Shown one piece after another: positions 1-10,000 of a stretch of 64,000 bases of DNA. The position numbers and the translations under genes were made by a program. Position 1 is the first letter of the stretch. The number at the start of each line of letters is the position of its first letter. Origin of the DNA: Bacilli bacterium. GTDB lineage: Bacteria; Bacillota_I; Bacilli_A; RFN20; CAG-826. Below the pieces are notes generated by a model. It was given only the letters and a program-made list of their open reading frames with translations, was not told the DNA's origin and did not search any database. Where the stretch lies: positions 543-64,542 of the forward strand of contig JAILIP010000020.1 of assembly GCA_024695235.1 (NCBI GenBank). The letters run 5' to 3'.

Positions 1-383
1 ATCTTGATGCTGGTATGACGAAGTCAGGACTAGATGGAATTGATATTTCTGATCTTGATTTGATATTCCTTGAGAATGTCGGAAATCTTGTTTGCCCAGC
101 GGAGTTTGATACTGGCGCTAATCTCGATGTCATGATCTTATCTATTCCCGAAGGACACGATAAACCTCTTAAGTATCCATTAGTGTTTCAAAAATCTGAT
201 TTAGTAATCATCAATAAAATTGATGCTTTACCATATTTCAATTTTGACTACGAAAAATGTGTTAATTACATTAAAATGAGAAATAAGGACGCTACGATTA
301 TTCCTATAAGTGCCAAAACTGGTGAAGGAATTGATAAAGTAGCTGACTACTTCCTCAATAAACTCAAGCAATTTAAGGAGTAA
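1..383 (+). CDS. hypB: Nickel-incorporation GTPase HypB, C-terminal part (5' end upstream of window)
   Basis: Frame open from nt 3. ENVGNLVCPAEFD, NKID and SAKTGEGI motifs are typical of HypB/SIMIBI GTPases. TAA stop at 381-383. Confidence 0.85.
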   Translation, partial: LDAGMTKSGLDGIDISDLDLIFLENVGNLVCPAEFDTGANLDVMILSIPEGHDKPLKYPLVFQKSDLVIINKIDALPYFNFDYEKCVNYIKMRNKDATIIPISAKTGEGIDKVADYFLNKLKQFKE

Positions 384-388
384 CAACT

Positions 389-3289
389 ATGTCTGAGCAA
401 AACACCAAAATCAAATCCAAGTATGAAGGAGAACAAGGTTACGAGTTTGAAAAAGAATACAAGAAACTCGCTAAGAAGATAACCGACGTTGTCGTTCATA
501 AAATCACTGGTATTAAAACAACCGATCCAGAATATTGGGGCCTAAGAGAAGTCCTCACTATTGAAATGGTTCGTGTTCTTAACAAGATGAAACTTCGTAA
601 GTTCTATACATTCGAAGAACTCCTTGTCATGAACAAAAAGGAATATGGCAATAATCCTGTTGCATTCCAAAAGTTACTCGATGATATGTCAATCATTGGC
701 ATTCTTGAATATGACTATGGTGATAGATATGAGTGGGAAAGACCACGTGATGATTTACCAAAAATCAAACGTTATCGTCTTTGCTTCTTTGTTCCAGGTT
801 CAGCCGAACTTATGAACTCCACAGTTGATCGTATTGCAAAGAATCCACCTGTTGCCTCTTTCTTTGAAAGAATGACATTTATTCCTCTTGCTGGTATTAC
901 TCAAATGCTTCCTCCAGGTGGTGATGGTGTTGGTATGCATGTTATCCCAGTTGAAAAAGCTATTGAACAAAACCCTGAAGCAATTGACGTTGAAAAGATT
1001 TCTCACTGGATGAAGAAATACGATGGTCACATTGCAGCTGGTATTTGTTCTTGCCGTGCATCTCGCGCAATGCTTGGTGAAGGTTGTGTTGATGATGTTG
1101 ATGATTGGTGTATCCAATTTGGTGATATGGCTGATTATGCTGTTGAAACTGGCCGTGCTCACTACATCACAAAAGAAAGAGCCCTTGAAATATTTGAATT
1201 ATCCGAAAAAAATGGTTTTGTTCACCAAATCACAAACATTGATGGTGAAAACAAAATCTTTGATATTTGTAACTGTGACGTAAAGATTTGTAACGCTTTA
1301 CGTACATCCATGTTATTCAATACACCAAACCTTTCACGTAGCAGTTTTACTGCTAATGTTGATAAGATTAACTGTGTTGCTTGTGGTCAATGTGTTGAAA
1401 ATTGTCCAGCTGGTGCTGTTAAACTCGGTCAAAAACTATGTGACTCTAAAGGTAAAGAAGTTAAATATCCAAAAGCACCTTTACCAGATAAAATTCATTG
1501 GGGTAAATATGCTTGGGACGAAAACTATCGTAGCACTGCAAGAAGAAGTGATACCTATGAAAGTGGAACCGCTCCATGTAAAGTGGCATGTCCTGCTCAC
1601 GTTCCTGTCCAAGGTTATTTAAAGAAAGCCCACGAAGGAAAATACCAAGAAGCTTTGGCTTTAATCAAAACACAAAACCCATTCCCAGCTGTTTGTGGTC
1701 GTGTATGTAACAAGCGTTGTGAGATGGCTTGTACACGTGGAAGCGTCGATAGAGCTGTCAGCATTGATGCTGTTAAGAAGTTCGTTGCTGATTTCGACTT
1801 AAAAGCCGAAACACAATACATTCCAGAAAAGATTATTGCTAATACTCATGGTGAATTCACTGAAAAGATCGCCATTATTGGTGCTGGTCCAGCTGGCTTA
1901 TCTGCTGCTTACTATTTAGCAGTTATGGGCTTTAGACCAACAGTCTTTGAAAAGAACAAAAAACCTGGTGGTATGCTCATGTATGGTATTCCATCATATA
2001 AACTCGAAAAAGATGTTATTGAAGCTGAAATTGATATCATCAAAAAACTCGGTGTTGAAATTAAATGTGGTGTTGAAGTTGGTAAAGACATTACCATTGA
2101 TCAACTCAAAGAACAAGGCTATAAAGCCTTCTATATCGCAATCGGCTGCCAAGGCGGTAAACGTCCAGGCATTAAAAACGATGATGCAAAAGGAACAGAA
2201 ATTGCTGTCGATTATCTCCGCGATATCCAAGATGAAAAGAAACCATTCAAAGGCGAAGTTGTCGTCGTTGGTGGTGGTAACGTTGCCGTTGACTGTGCAC
2301 GTAGTGCTCATCGCTTAGGCGCTAATAAAGTTAGCATGTTCTGTCTAGAAGATAGAGAGACCATGCCAGCTAGCAAAGATGAAATTGAAGAAACTCTTGC
2401 CGAAGGCATCCTCATTGAAAACTCTTGGGGACCAAAAGAAATCAAGGTCAATTCCAATGGCGAAGTTGAATCAATCATCTTCAAGAGATGTGTTAGCACA
2501 GTTGATCCTGAAACTGGTAAATTCTCACCAAGATATGATGAAGATGTTGTCCAAGAAATCAAAGCTGACAAGATCGTCTTTGCTATCGGTCAAGAAATCG
2601 TTTGGGGTAACCTCTTAAAAGGTTATGATATTAAGATGCATCACGGAAATTACCCACTTGCATCAATGCCTAGATATCAAACAAGTGATCCAGATATCTT
2701 CGTTGGTGGTGATGTCTGCACAGGTCCTAAGTTTGTTATCGACGCTATCGCAGCTGGTCATGCTGTTGCCGATTCTCTTGCTAGACATGTACGTCCAGCC
2801 GCAGACCATGACGTTGCCTTTAACCTCCGTGGCTTTGCCATGCTTGACAAAGATAATATTACAATCCCAAGTTATGATACAGCTGGTAGACAAGAAGAAG
2901 GCATGGATGATTCCATCGATTGGAAAAACTCCTTCAAGGATGCTCATAAGACCTTAACTGAAGAACAAGTTAAGATTGAAACAGCAAGATGTTTATCTTG
3001 TGGTGCTGCTCATGTTGATCCAAATAAATGTATCGGTTGTGGTATTTGTACAACAAAATGTAAATTTGACGCTATCCATTTAGTTAGAGATCATCCAAAG
3101 CATTCCAATATGCGTGTTGCAGAAAAGAAAGTCGGAGGCCTTGCTGCCTACGCTTTACCACGTGCAGTGAAGATTCTCTTCCACTCTGGCTCAAAAGAAG
3201 CTCGTATGATGCGTAAGAAACGCAAAGAATGGAAAAAGAACAACAAAGAGTTCATTAAAAACAATCCAAATACAGGTAATTCACTTTAA
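389..3289 (+). CDS. Large Fe-S flavoprotein: Cys-rich N-domain, 4Fe-4S ferredoxin motifs and a GltD/NfnB-like FAD/NAD(P) oxidoreductase
   Basis: 966-aa ORF with AAGGAG 8 nt upstream. Ferredoxin motifs CVACGQCVENCP and CIGCGICTTKC. Two Rossmann motifs, IIGAGPAGL and VVGGGNVAVD, as in the glutamate synthase small-subunit family. Confidence 0.75.
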   Translation: MSEQNTKIKSKYEGEQGYEFEKEYKKLAKKITDVVVHKITGIKTTDPEYWGLREVLTIEMVRVLNKMKLRKFYTFEELLVMNKKEYGNNPVAFQKLLDDMSIIGILEYDYGDRYEWERPRDDLPKIKRYRLCFFVPGSAELMNSTVDRIAKNPPVASFFERMTFIPLAGITQMLPPGGDGVGMHVIPVEKAIEQNPEAIDVEKISHWMKKYDGHIAAGICSCRASRAMLGEGCVDDVDDWCIQFGDMADYAVETGRAHYITKERALEIFELSEKNGFVHQITNIDGENKIFDICNCDVKICNALRTSMLFNTPNLSRSSFTANVDKINCVACGQCVENCPAGAVKLGQKLCDSKGKEVKYPKAPLPDKIHWGKYAWDENYRSTARRSDTYESGTAPCKVACPAHVPVQGYLKKAHEGKYQEALALIKTQNPFPAVCGRVCNKRCEMACTRGSVDRAVSIDAVKKFVADFDLKAETQYIPEKIIANTHGEFTEKIAIIGAGPAGLSAAYYLAVMGFRPTVFEKNKKPGGMLMYGIPSYKLEKDVIEAEIDIIKKLGVEIKCGVEVGKDITIDQLKEQGYKAFYIAIGCQGGKRPGIKNDDAKGTEIAVDYLRDIQDEKKPFKGEVVVVGGGNVAVDCARSAHRLGANKVSMFCLEDRETMPASKDEIEETLAEGILIENSWGPKEIKVNSNGEVESIIFKRCVSTVDPETGKFSPRYDEDVVQEIKADKIVFAIGQEIVWGNLLKGYDIKMHHGNYPLASMPRYQTSDPDIFVGGDVCTGPKFVIDAIAAGHAVADSLARHVRPAADHDVAFNLRGFAMLDKDNITIPSYDTAGRQEEGMDDSIDWKNSFKDAHKTLTEEQVKIETARCLSCGAAHVDPNKCIGCGICTTKCKFDAIHLVRDHPKHSNMRVAEKKVGGLAAYALPRAVKILFHSGSKEARMMRKKRKEWKKNNKEFIKNNPNTGNSL

Positions 3290-3633
3290 TGCATGAATTA
3301 GGAATAGTTGTTCACGTCATAAAGCAAATTGAAGAATTGGCGAAGAATAACAAAGTTAAAGAAGTAAAAGAACTAACTTTAGAAGTTGGTGAAGTTAGTG
3401 GTGTAGTTAAAGAATATTTCGTTGATGCCTTTAACTGGGCTATCAAGAAAACGGAATATATGAAGAACTGTAAGCTTAACCTAATCATCATCGAAGGAAT
3501 ATCCTTCTGTGAAGATTGTCAACAAACATTCAAAACAACTGAGTTTGGTAAAAAATGTCCTAACTGCGGTAGTGAAAGAACATATCTTGTCACTGGGCGA
3601 GATGTTGTAATCAAGGATGTAAAAGTAATTTAG
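3289..3633 (+). CDS. hypA: Hydrogenase nickel insertion protein HypA
   Basis: N-terminal MHELGI (Ni site) and zinc motifs CEDC...CPNCG in 114 aa. TAATG overlap with the upstream gene. Confidence 0.85.
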   Translation: MHELGIVVHVIKQIEELAKNNKVKEVKELTLEVGEVSGVVKEYFVDAFNWAIKKTEYMKNCKLNLIIIEGISFCEDCQQTFKTTEFGKKCPNCGSERTYLVTGRDVVIKDVKVI

Positions 3634-3657
3634 GAGGCTATGCCTCCTTTTTCTTTA
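3632..3657 (+). terminator. Rho-independent terminator after hypA
   Basis: AGGAGGC-TAT-GCCTCCT hairpin followed by a T-run. Confidence 0.8.
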
Positions 3658-3683
3658 TATACACTTATATCAGTATAAAATTA

Positions 3684-3712
3684 TTGATATATAACTTTCA
3701 TAGTGTTATAAT
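3684..3712 (+). promoter_or_regulatory. Sigma-70-type promoter of rex-adhE
   Basis: TTGATA (3684-3689), 17-nt spacer, TATAAT (3707-3712) preceded by TGT (extended -10). Confidence 0.65.
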
Positions 3713-3739
3713 ACAATCAGTAAAAAAATACTGAAATAT

Positions 3740-4372
3740 ATGGAAAAAGTATCAATTAGACAACTAGAAAGATATCCAATATATCTCAATTATTTGTTAT
3801 CACTACGTGAGAGTGGAGTATCTTCAATTTCTTCACCTGCTATTGCAAAAGCATTATCTTTAAGCGAAGAACAAGTTAGAAAAGATCTCCAACTCGTCTC
3901 AAGAAGTGAAGGGAAACCTAAATCAGGTAGAAATATTGATGAATTAATCAGCGATATTCAAGAATTCCTGGGATATAAGAAAGTCACAAATGCCGCTGTT
4001 ATTGGTGTTGGTCATTTAGGACAAGCATTAATGAACTATAAAGGCTTTGCTGAATTTGGATTAAATATCGTCTGCGGTTTTGATGTTGATTCCTCTCTTA
4101 TCGGAACTAAAGTGAACAACAAAGAAGTATTTTCCTTATATTCTTTATCAAGCAAGATAGAACAATTTGATATTAAAGTAGCAATATTAGTCACTCCAAA
4201 AGAATCTGCTCAAGAAGTTGCTAATATGCTTGTTAATGCCGGTATTAAAGCGATATGGAACTTTGTTCCAGTTCACTTAAATATAAATGATAAGATTGCA
4301 GTGGAAAACGTTAACTTAGCGTCTTCACTTGCAATTTTAGAACATAATTTAAAACAAAAAGGAGATGAATAA
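3740..4372 (+). CDS. rex: Redox-sensing transcriptional repressor Rex
   Basis: 210 aa. Winged-helix N-domain (SSPAIAKALSLSEEQVRKDL) plus NADH-binding Rossmann motif VIGVGHLGQAL. Sits directly upstream of adhE. Confidence 0.85.
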   Translation: MEKVSIRQLERYPIYLNYLLSLRESGVSSISSPAIAKALSLSEEQVRKDLQLVSRSEGKPKSGRNIDELISDIQEFLGYKKVTNAAVIGVGHLGQALMNYKGFAEFGLNIVCGFDVDSSLIGTKVNNKEVFSLYSLSSKIEQFDIKVAILVTPKESAQEVANMLVNAGIKAIWNFVPVHLNINDKIAVENVNLASSLAILEHNLKQKGDE

Positions 4373-4374
4373 TA

Positions 4375-6990
4375 ATGGAAGAAAAGAAAACTGTTATTAG
4401 TCCTCAAGAAGAAGTGAATGATCTTGTTAAAAAAGCTGTCAAAGCTTTAGACGAATTCCTTCTTTTAGATCAAGAGCAAATTGATCACATTGTTGCAAAA
4501 TGTTCAGTTGCTGGACTTGATCACCATGGTACACTTGCTGCCTCAGCAATTAATGAAACAAAAAGAGGTGTCTTTGAAGATAAGGCAACAAAGAACTTAT
4601 TCGCTTGTGAATATGTTGTTAACAATATGCGCCATCTTAAGACAGTCGGAGTTATCTCTGAAGATCCTGTTACTGGAATAAGCGAAATCGCTGAACCTGT
4701 TGGAGTTATCTGTGGTATTACCCCAGTTACAAACCCAACATCTACAGTTATCTTCAAATCTTTGATTTGCTTAAAGACACGTAACCCTATTATCTTCGCA
4801 TTCCATCCAAGTGCACAACAATGTTCAAAAGAAGCCGCTATCGTTATGAGAGATGCCGCTATTAAAGCTGGTGCTCCAGAAAACTGCATTCAATGGATTG
4901 AACATCCTAGTATGGATGCCACAAGTGCTTTAATGAATCATCCTGATGTTGCAACCATTTTAGCTACTGGTGGTAACGCAATGGTTAGAGCAGCTTATAG
5001 CTGTGGTAAACCAGCTATGGGTGTTGGCGCAGGTAACGTTCCTGCATATATGAATAAGTCGTGCAATGTTGAACAAGCAGTCAATGATATTGTCCTTTCT
5101 AAGTCATTTGATAACGGCATGATCTGTGCATCAGAACAAGCTGCCATCATTGATAAGGATATATACGAAGAAGCAAAAGCACTCTTCAATCGTTTTAAAG
5201 TTTATTTTGTAAACAAAGAGGAAAAGAAGAAACTATCTCGCTTCATGTTTGGATACGCTGAAGGTGATGAAGGAGTTGAAAACGCAAAACTCAACCCTGA
5301 TATCGTCGGTAAATCCGCATTCTGGATTGCTTCTCAAGCTGGAATAAAAATTCCAGAAGATACATCCATCATCGCTGTTGAATGTAAACAAGTAGGACCA
5401 AAAGAGCCAATCTCAAGAGAAAAGCTCTCACCAGTCCTAGCAATATTTAAAGTTGAAGATGATAAAGAAGGATTCGAAAAAGCCTTCCAAATGGTGTCAT
5501 TTAATGGTTTAGGTCATAGTGCCGCTATTCATTGTAAAGAACAAGCTATGGCAGATAAGTTCGGTGAACTTGTTCCTGCTATGAGAATCATTTGGAATAG
5601 CCCATCCACCTTTGGTGGAATTGGTAACGTCTATAACTCATTCCTCCCATCAATGACCCTTGGTTGTGGTAGTTATGGACATAACTCTATTGGCGGTAAC
5701 GTCAGTGCAATCAACTTACTTAATATCAAAAAAGTAGGTAAAAGGAGAAATACAGTGCAGTGGTTTAAAGTTCCTTCAAAAATATATTTTGAACGTAATT
5801 CAATTCAATACTTACAATCTTGTAAGAACATAAATAAAGCCTTTATTGTCACCGATACATCAATGGTGGAATTTGGTTTCTTTAAGAAAATTGCTGATCA
5901 ACTCAATATGAGAAGAAATAAAGTGCAAATGCAATTATTCTGTGATGTTGAACCAGATCCAGATATTGAGACAGTAAGAAAAGGCGCTGCTATGATGAAA
6001 ATCTTCAAACCAGATGTCATCATTGCTTTAGGTGGTGGCTCTGTCATGGATGCTGCCAAAGGCATGTGGTTATTCTATGAACATCCAGAAGTTAACTTTG
6101 ATGATTTAAAACAAAAATTCATGGATATTAGAAAACGTGCCTTTAAGTACCCTGAACTTGGTAAACAATCTCGCTTGATTTGTATTCCAACTACATCTGG
6201 TACCGGTAGTGAAGTCACTCCATTTGCGGTTATCTCTGATAAGAAAAACAACAAGAAATATCCTCTTACAGACTACTCACTTACCCCAACTGTTGCAATT
6301 ATTGATGCTGAATTTACAACAAATCTTCCTCCAAGAGCAACAGCTATGACAGGTATGGACGTCTTAACTCACGCGATTGAGGCATATGTCTCAGTCATGG
6401 CAAGTGATTTCACAGACGGTCTTGCTATTAAAGCAATTGAACTTGTCTTTAAGTACTTACCAAGAGCAGTTAAAGATGGACCACATGATTTAGAAGCTAG
6501 AGAAAAAATGCACAACGCCGCTACAATTGCTGGTATGGCATTTGCAAACGCATTCCTTGGAATGACTCACTCTCTTGCTCATAAAGTTGGTGCAGAATTC
6601 CACACAGTCCACGGACATACATGCGGTATTCTCCTTCCATATGTCATTCGTTATAACGGACAAGTTCCAACCAAACTTAGTGTTTGGCCAAAATATAACG
6701 AATATTGTGCTGATAAGAAATACCAAGATATCGCTAAAGTCCTTGGCTTACCAGCTTCGACTCCAGAAGAAGGTGTTGAATCCCTCGCTAAGGCATGTCA
6801 CGATTTACAAGTTTCTATTGGCTTAAGTGATAACTTCGCTAGCTACGGCATGAGTGAACAAGAATGGGATGAAAGAATTGATCGTATTGCAGTCCTTGCT
6901 TATGAAGATCAATGCTCACCATGTAACCCAAGAGTTCCTCTTGTTGAAGACATGAAAGTCATCCTATCTAAAGCATATAAAGGCGAATAA
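4375..6990 (+). CDS. adhE: Bifunctional acetaldehyde-CoA/alcohol dehydrogenase
   Basis: 871 aa. N-terminal ALDH domain (catalytic FDNGMICASEQ) fused to an iron-type ADH domain (GGGSVMDAAK plus His-rich metal site). Confidence 0.95.
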   Translation: MEEKKTVISPQEEVNDLVKKAVKALDEFLLLDQEQIDHIVAKCSVAGLDHHGTLAASAINETKRGVFEDKATKNLFACEYVVNNMRHLKTVGVISEDPVTGISEIAEPVGVICGITPVTNPTSTVIFKSLICLKTRNPIIFAFHPSAQQCSKEAAIVMRDAAIKAGAPENCIQWIEHPSMDATSALMNHPDVATILATGGNAMVRAAYSCGKPAMGVGAGNVPAYMNKSCNVEQAVNDIVLSKSFDNGMICASEQAAIIDKDIYEEAKALFNRFKVYFVNKEEKKKLSRFMFGYAEGDEGVENAKLNPDIVGKSAFWIASQAGIKIPEDTSIIAVECKQVGPKEPISREKLSPVLAIFKVEDDKEGFEKAFQMVSFNGLGHSAAIHCKEQAMADKFGELVPAMRIIWNSPSTFGGIGNVYNSFLPSMTLGCGSYGHNSIGGNVSAINLLNIKKVGKRRNTVQWFKVPSKIYFERNSIQYLQSCKNINKAFIVTDTSMVEFGFFKKIADQLNMRRNKVQMQLFCDVEPDPDIETVRKGAAMMKIFKPDVIIALGGGSVMDAAKGMWLFYEHPEVNFDDLKQKFMDIRKRAFKYPELGKQSRLICIPTTSGTGSEVTPFAVISDKKNNKKYPLTDYSLTPTVAIIDAEFTTNLPPRATAMTGMDVLTHAIEAYVSVMASDFTDGLAIKAIELVFKYLPRAVKDGPHDLEAREKMHNAATIAGMAFANAFLGMTHSLAHKVGAEFHTVHGHTCGILLPYVIRYNGQVPTKLSVWPKYNEYCADKKYQDIAKVLGLPASTPEEGVESLAKACHDLQVSIGLSDNFASYGMSEQEWDERIDRIAVLAYEDQCSPCNPRVPLVEDMKVILSKAYKGE

Positions 6991-7007
6991 CAAGCTTAAT
7001 ACTGAAG

Positions 7008-7036
7008 ACTCACCGAAAAGGTGAGTTTTCTTTTTT
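7008..7036 (+). terminator. Rho-independent terminator after adhE
   Basis: ACTCACC-GAAAA-GGTGAGT hairpin followed by TTTTCTTTTTT. Confidence 0.85.
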
Positions 7037-7077
7037 AATATGTGATATTCTATATATGTATGTAGGAGGATAACATT

Positions 7078-10000
7078 ATGTTATCAATTGTCAACCTCAC
7101 GAAGATATATAAGACAAAAGGTGGTAACGATACCAAAGCCCTTGATAATGTCACATTAGATTTCCCTGAAACTGGTATGATTTTCCTTTTAGGTAAATCA
7201 GGAAGTGGTAAATCAACATTACTTAACTTGATTGGTGGTCTTGATTTCCCAACATCTGGTGAAATTATTCTTAAAGGAAGAAGTAGCAAAGACTTCTCTC
7301 AATCAGACTTTGATAGCTACCGTAATACATATATTGGATTTGTTTTCCAAGAATATAACATCCTCAATGAATTTAACGTTGAGCAAAATATTGCTTTAGC
7401 CATTGAACTTCAAAACAAAAAAGTTAAAGAAGAGGAAGTACAATCTCTTCTTGAACAAGTCGACTTAAAAGATTTTGCAAAGAGAAAGCCAAACACCCTT
7501 TCAGGCGGTCAAAAGCAAAGAATTGCTATAGCAAGAGCACTCATTAAACAACCTAATATCATTATGGCAGATGAGCCTACAGGCGCTTTAGATAGTAAGA
7601 CTGGTGAACAAGTATTTGAAACACTCAAAAAACTTTCCAAAGATAAGCTTGTCATCGTCGTCAGTCATGATAGAGATTTCGCTGAAAGATTCGGCGATCG
7701 TATTATTGAACTCAAAGATGGACAAGTTATCTCTGACGAAACAAAGCATTATGTTGAATCAAAAGAGATTTCAAGTAACGTCTCAATCATCAATGATCAC
7801 GCGATTAAGATTAATGATGCTAAAAAACTGACAAAGTCAGATTTCGATAAACTCTATGAATCCATCAAAAAAAGCGATGGCAAGGTATTCATCTCCAGCG
7901 GTGAAAATGCTGATAAGTCGATGAAAATCGCTCGTATCTCTGAAGATGGTAAGAGTGATGAATTTAAAGCAACAGAAGATGTTGAAGTCAAAGAATACGA
8001 TGGAAGTAAGACAACATTCATCCGTTCTAAGATGCCAATGGGTAAGTCTGTTAAGATGGGTTTAAGTTCCTTAAAGACCAAACCAGTTAGACTTATCTTC
8101 ACAATGCTACTTTCAGTAGTGTCCTTCTCAATGTTTGGTGTAGCTTCTAGTTTGATGCTATATAACTCATCCCATACATACGCCGAAGCTCTTAGAAGAA
8201 CTGACTATAAGGCTGAAGCCCTCCAAAAGAGTTCTGTTGGTAACTATGTATATCAAGAAACAGATGCTGCTGGAAACGTGGTCCGTGAAGGCAAAAGCGC
8301 AGATTCTAGACAAGTTCTTTTTGGTGAAGAAGAAGTTAAAAGAATCGGAAGCAATAATCTTGGCTTAGTCTACATTCCAGTTAACGAAACAGGAACAGTC
8401 GCCTTTAACGGAATCACCTTAAAGAAAAATGCCGAGTATTATTCGACATACTATAAACTCCGCTTCGTTTCAGATGCTTCTAAAGAAGAATTTAATAAAT
8501 TAGGATATTCTCTCATCGGCCAATATCCAGTTAATGATGATGAAATCATCCTCCCAAAAATATATGGTCAAATGATGATTGACGGTCAAGGCACAACTAA
8601 GACTAATATTGATGAACTAGTCGGTGAAAAATTCACTGTTAATTCATATAACAAAGGTCTTATAAAACTTACAGTCACAGGATTTTTCGATGCAGGTGAT
8701 GTTCCAAGCACATACAACGATTTAACAAGTGAAACTGCTGCCTTGTCTCCAGATGAACAAATCAAATTAGCAAACAATTTAAAAGCATATATCGATGACA
8801 GCTTTAACTGTGTGTTTTTCACCAACAGTGAAACATACAAGAAATTTGCTCGTCCTGCGTCTGAATCGATATATGTTGAAACATATAATAGAAGAGGTGC
8901 TGATATTAATGCTTATGGTAAACCAAGTGATGTGAATCAAGAAATGTATATCACTGTTTTAACTGATGAACTCTATAAGCAACAATCGAGCGCTATCAAA
9001 CTTTATGATTTAGATGGCAACGCAGTCACAAAAAATAGTTTCACACTCAAAGATGACGAAGCCTATATGCCAATTGATCAATTTGAAAATCAAGCCTATA
9101 GCATTCGTAATAACTTCTTAAGTGACTTTATCCAAATTTCATTATCCTCATCGATTATGAAATACATGCCAGCATATTATGATTTCTATAAAGAAAATCC
9201 TGATGAAATTGGCGAACTAAAATCTAATTCGTATGAATATGCTGATATCATCCTTGAACTATTCAAATCTTTTAAAGATGAATTTAGAAAAGCATATGCA
9301 ATAGATAGATTTGTTGATAGATATACCGAAACTGCTAGCTTTGATGCTCTTTCAAGTTCTAATAAGAGCCTAATTAACGAAGTTAAATCTGCTGCAGCAG
9401 GTGCAAATACATCTACAAAAGTTAATCAAGTATATGGCTTACTTTGTGAACACTTTGATGATGCAAATGGTAAACCTAACTATATTCTAAAAAGTTATTT
9501 CGATGATACATATAATTCAAAAAAAGAAAACAGAATCCTCATCGAAGCTGATCCAACATTAAACGAATTAAGAGATAAGGGCGCTGAAACATGGACTACT
9601 AGTGAAGTTAATGCTGTTAAGGACTTCTTAAACGAGCATTGTGCTGATGGAATTAGTAACAATCCATATTGGAATAACTATTTAGCGGGTTACACCTTTG
9701 CTGAATATACAGTTCCACAAGAAAAAGTGCTTCAACCTAGAAGTGATTTAGTCTATAACTGGGGTAGCTATAACGGTACAACTGGTGAACTTAAAATTAT
9801 CGGCTACTACGAATGCGGCGAATATGGTTATGGACCACTTGTTACAAAATCATTTATTGATAGCATTTCCCTTACTGCATCTTATGATGGTGGTAACACA
9901 TATACATCCCACTATGAGACAGACTATGTAGCACCAACTGATGCTAAATATTCAAATGTCATGGTTAAGAGTGAATTCACTTTTGAACAAGTTGAATATA

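Noticed and set aside
4521-4889. Long antisense ORFs inside adhE, the Fe-S flavoprotein, pullulanase, amylase and ABC genes (many 60-120-aa entries in the track)
   Set aside because: All are nested in genes with unambiguous family motifs, lack start signals and have skewed compositions typical of shadow frames.
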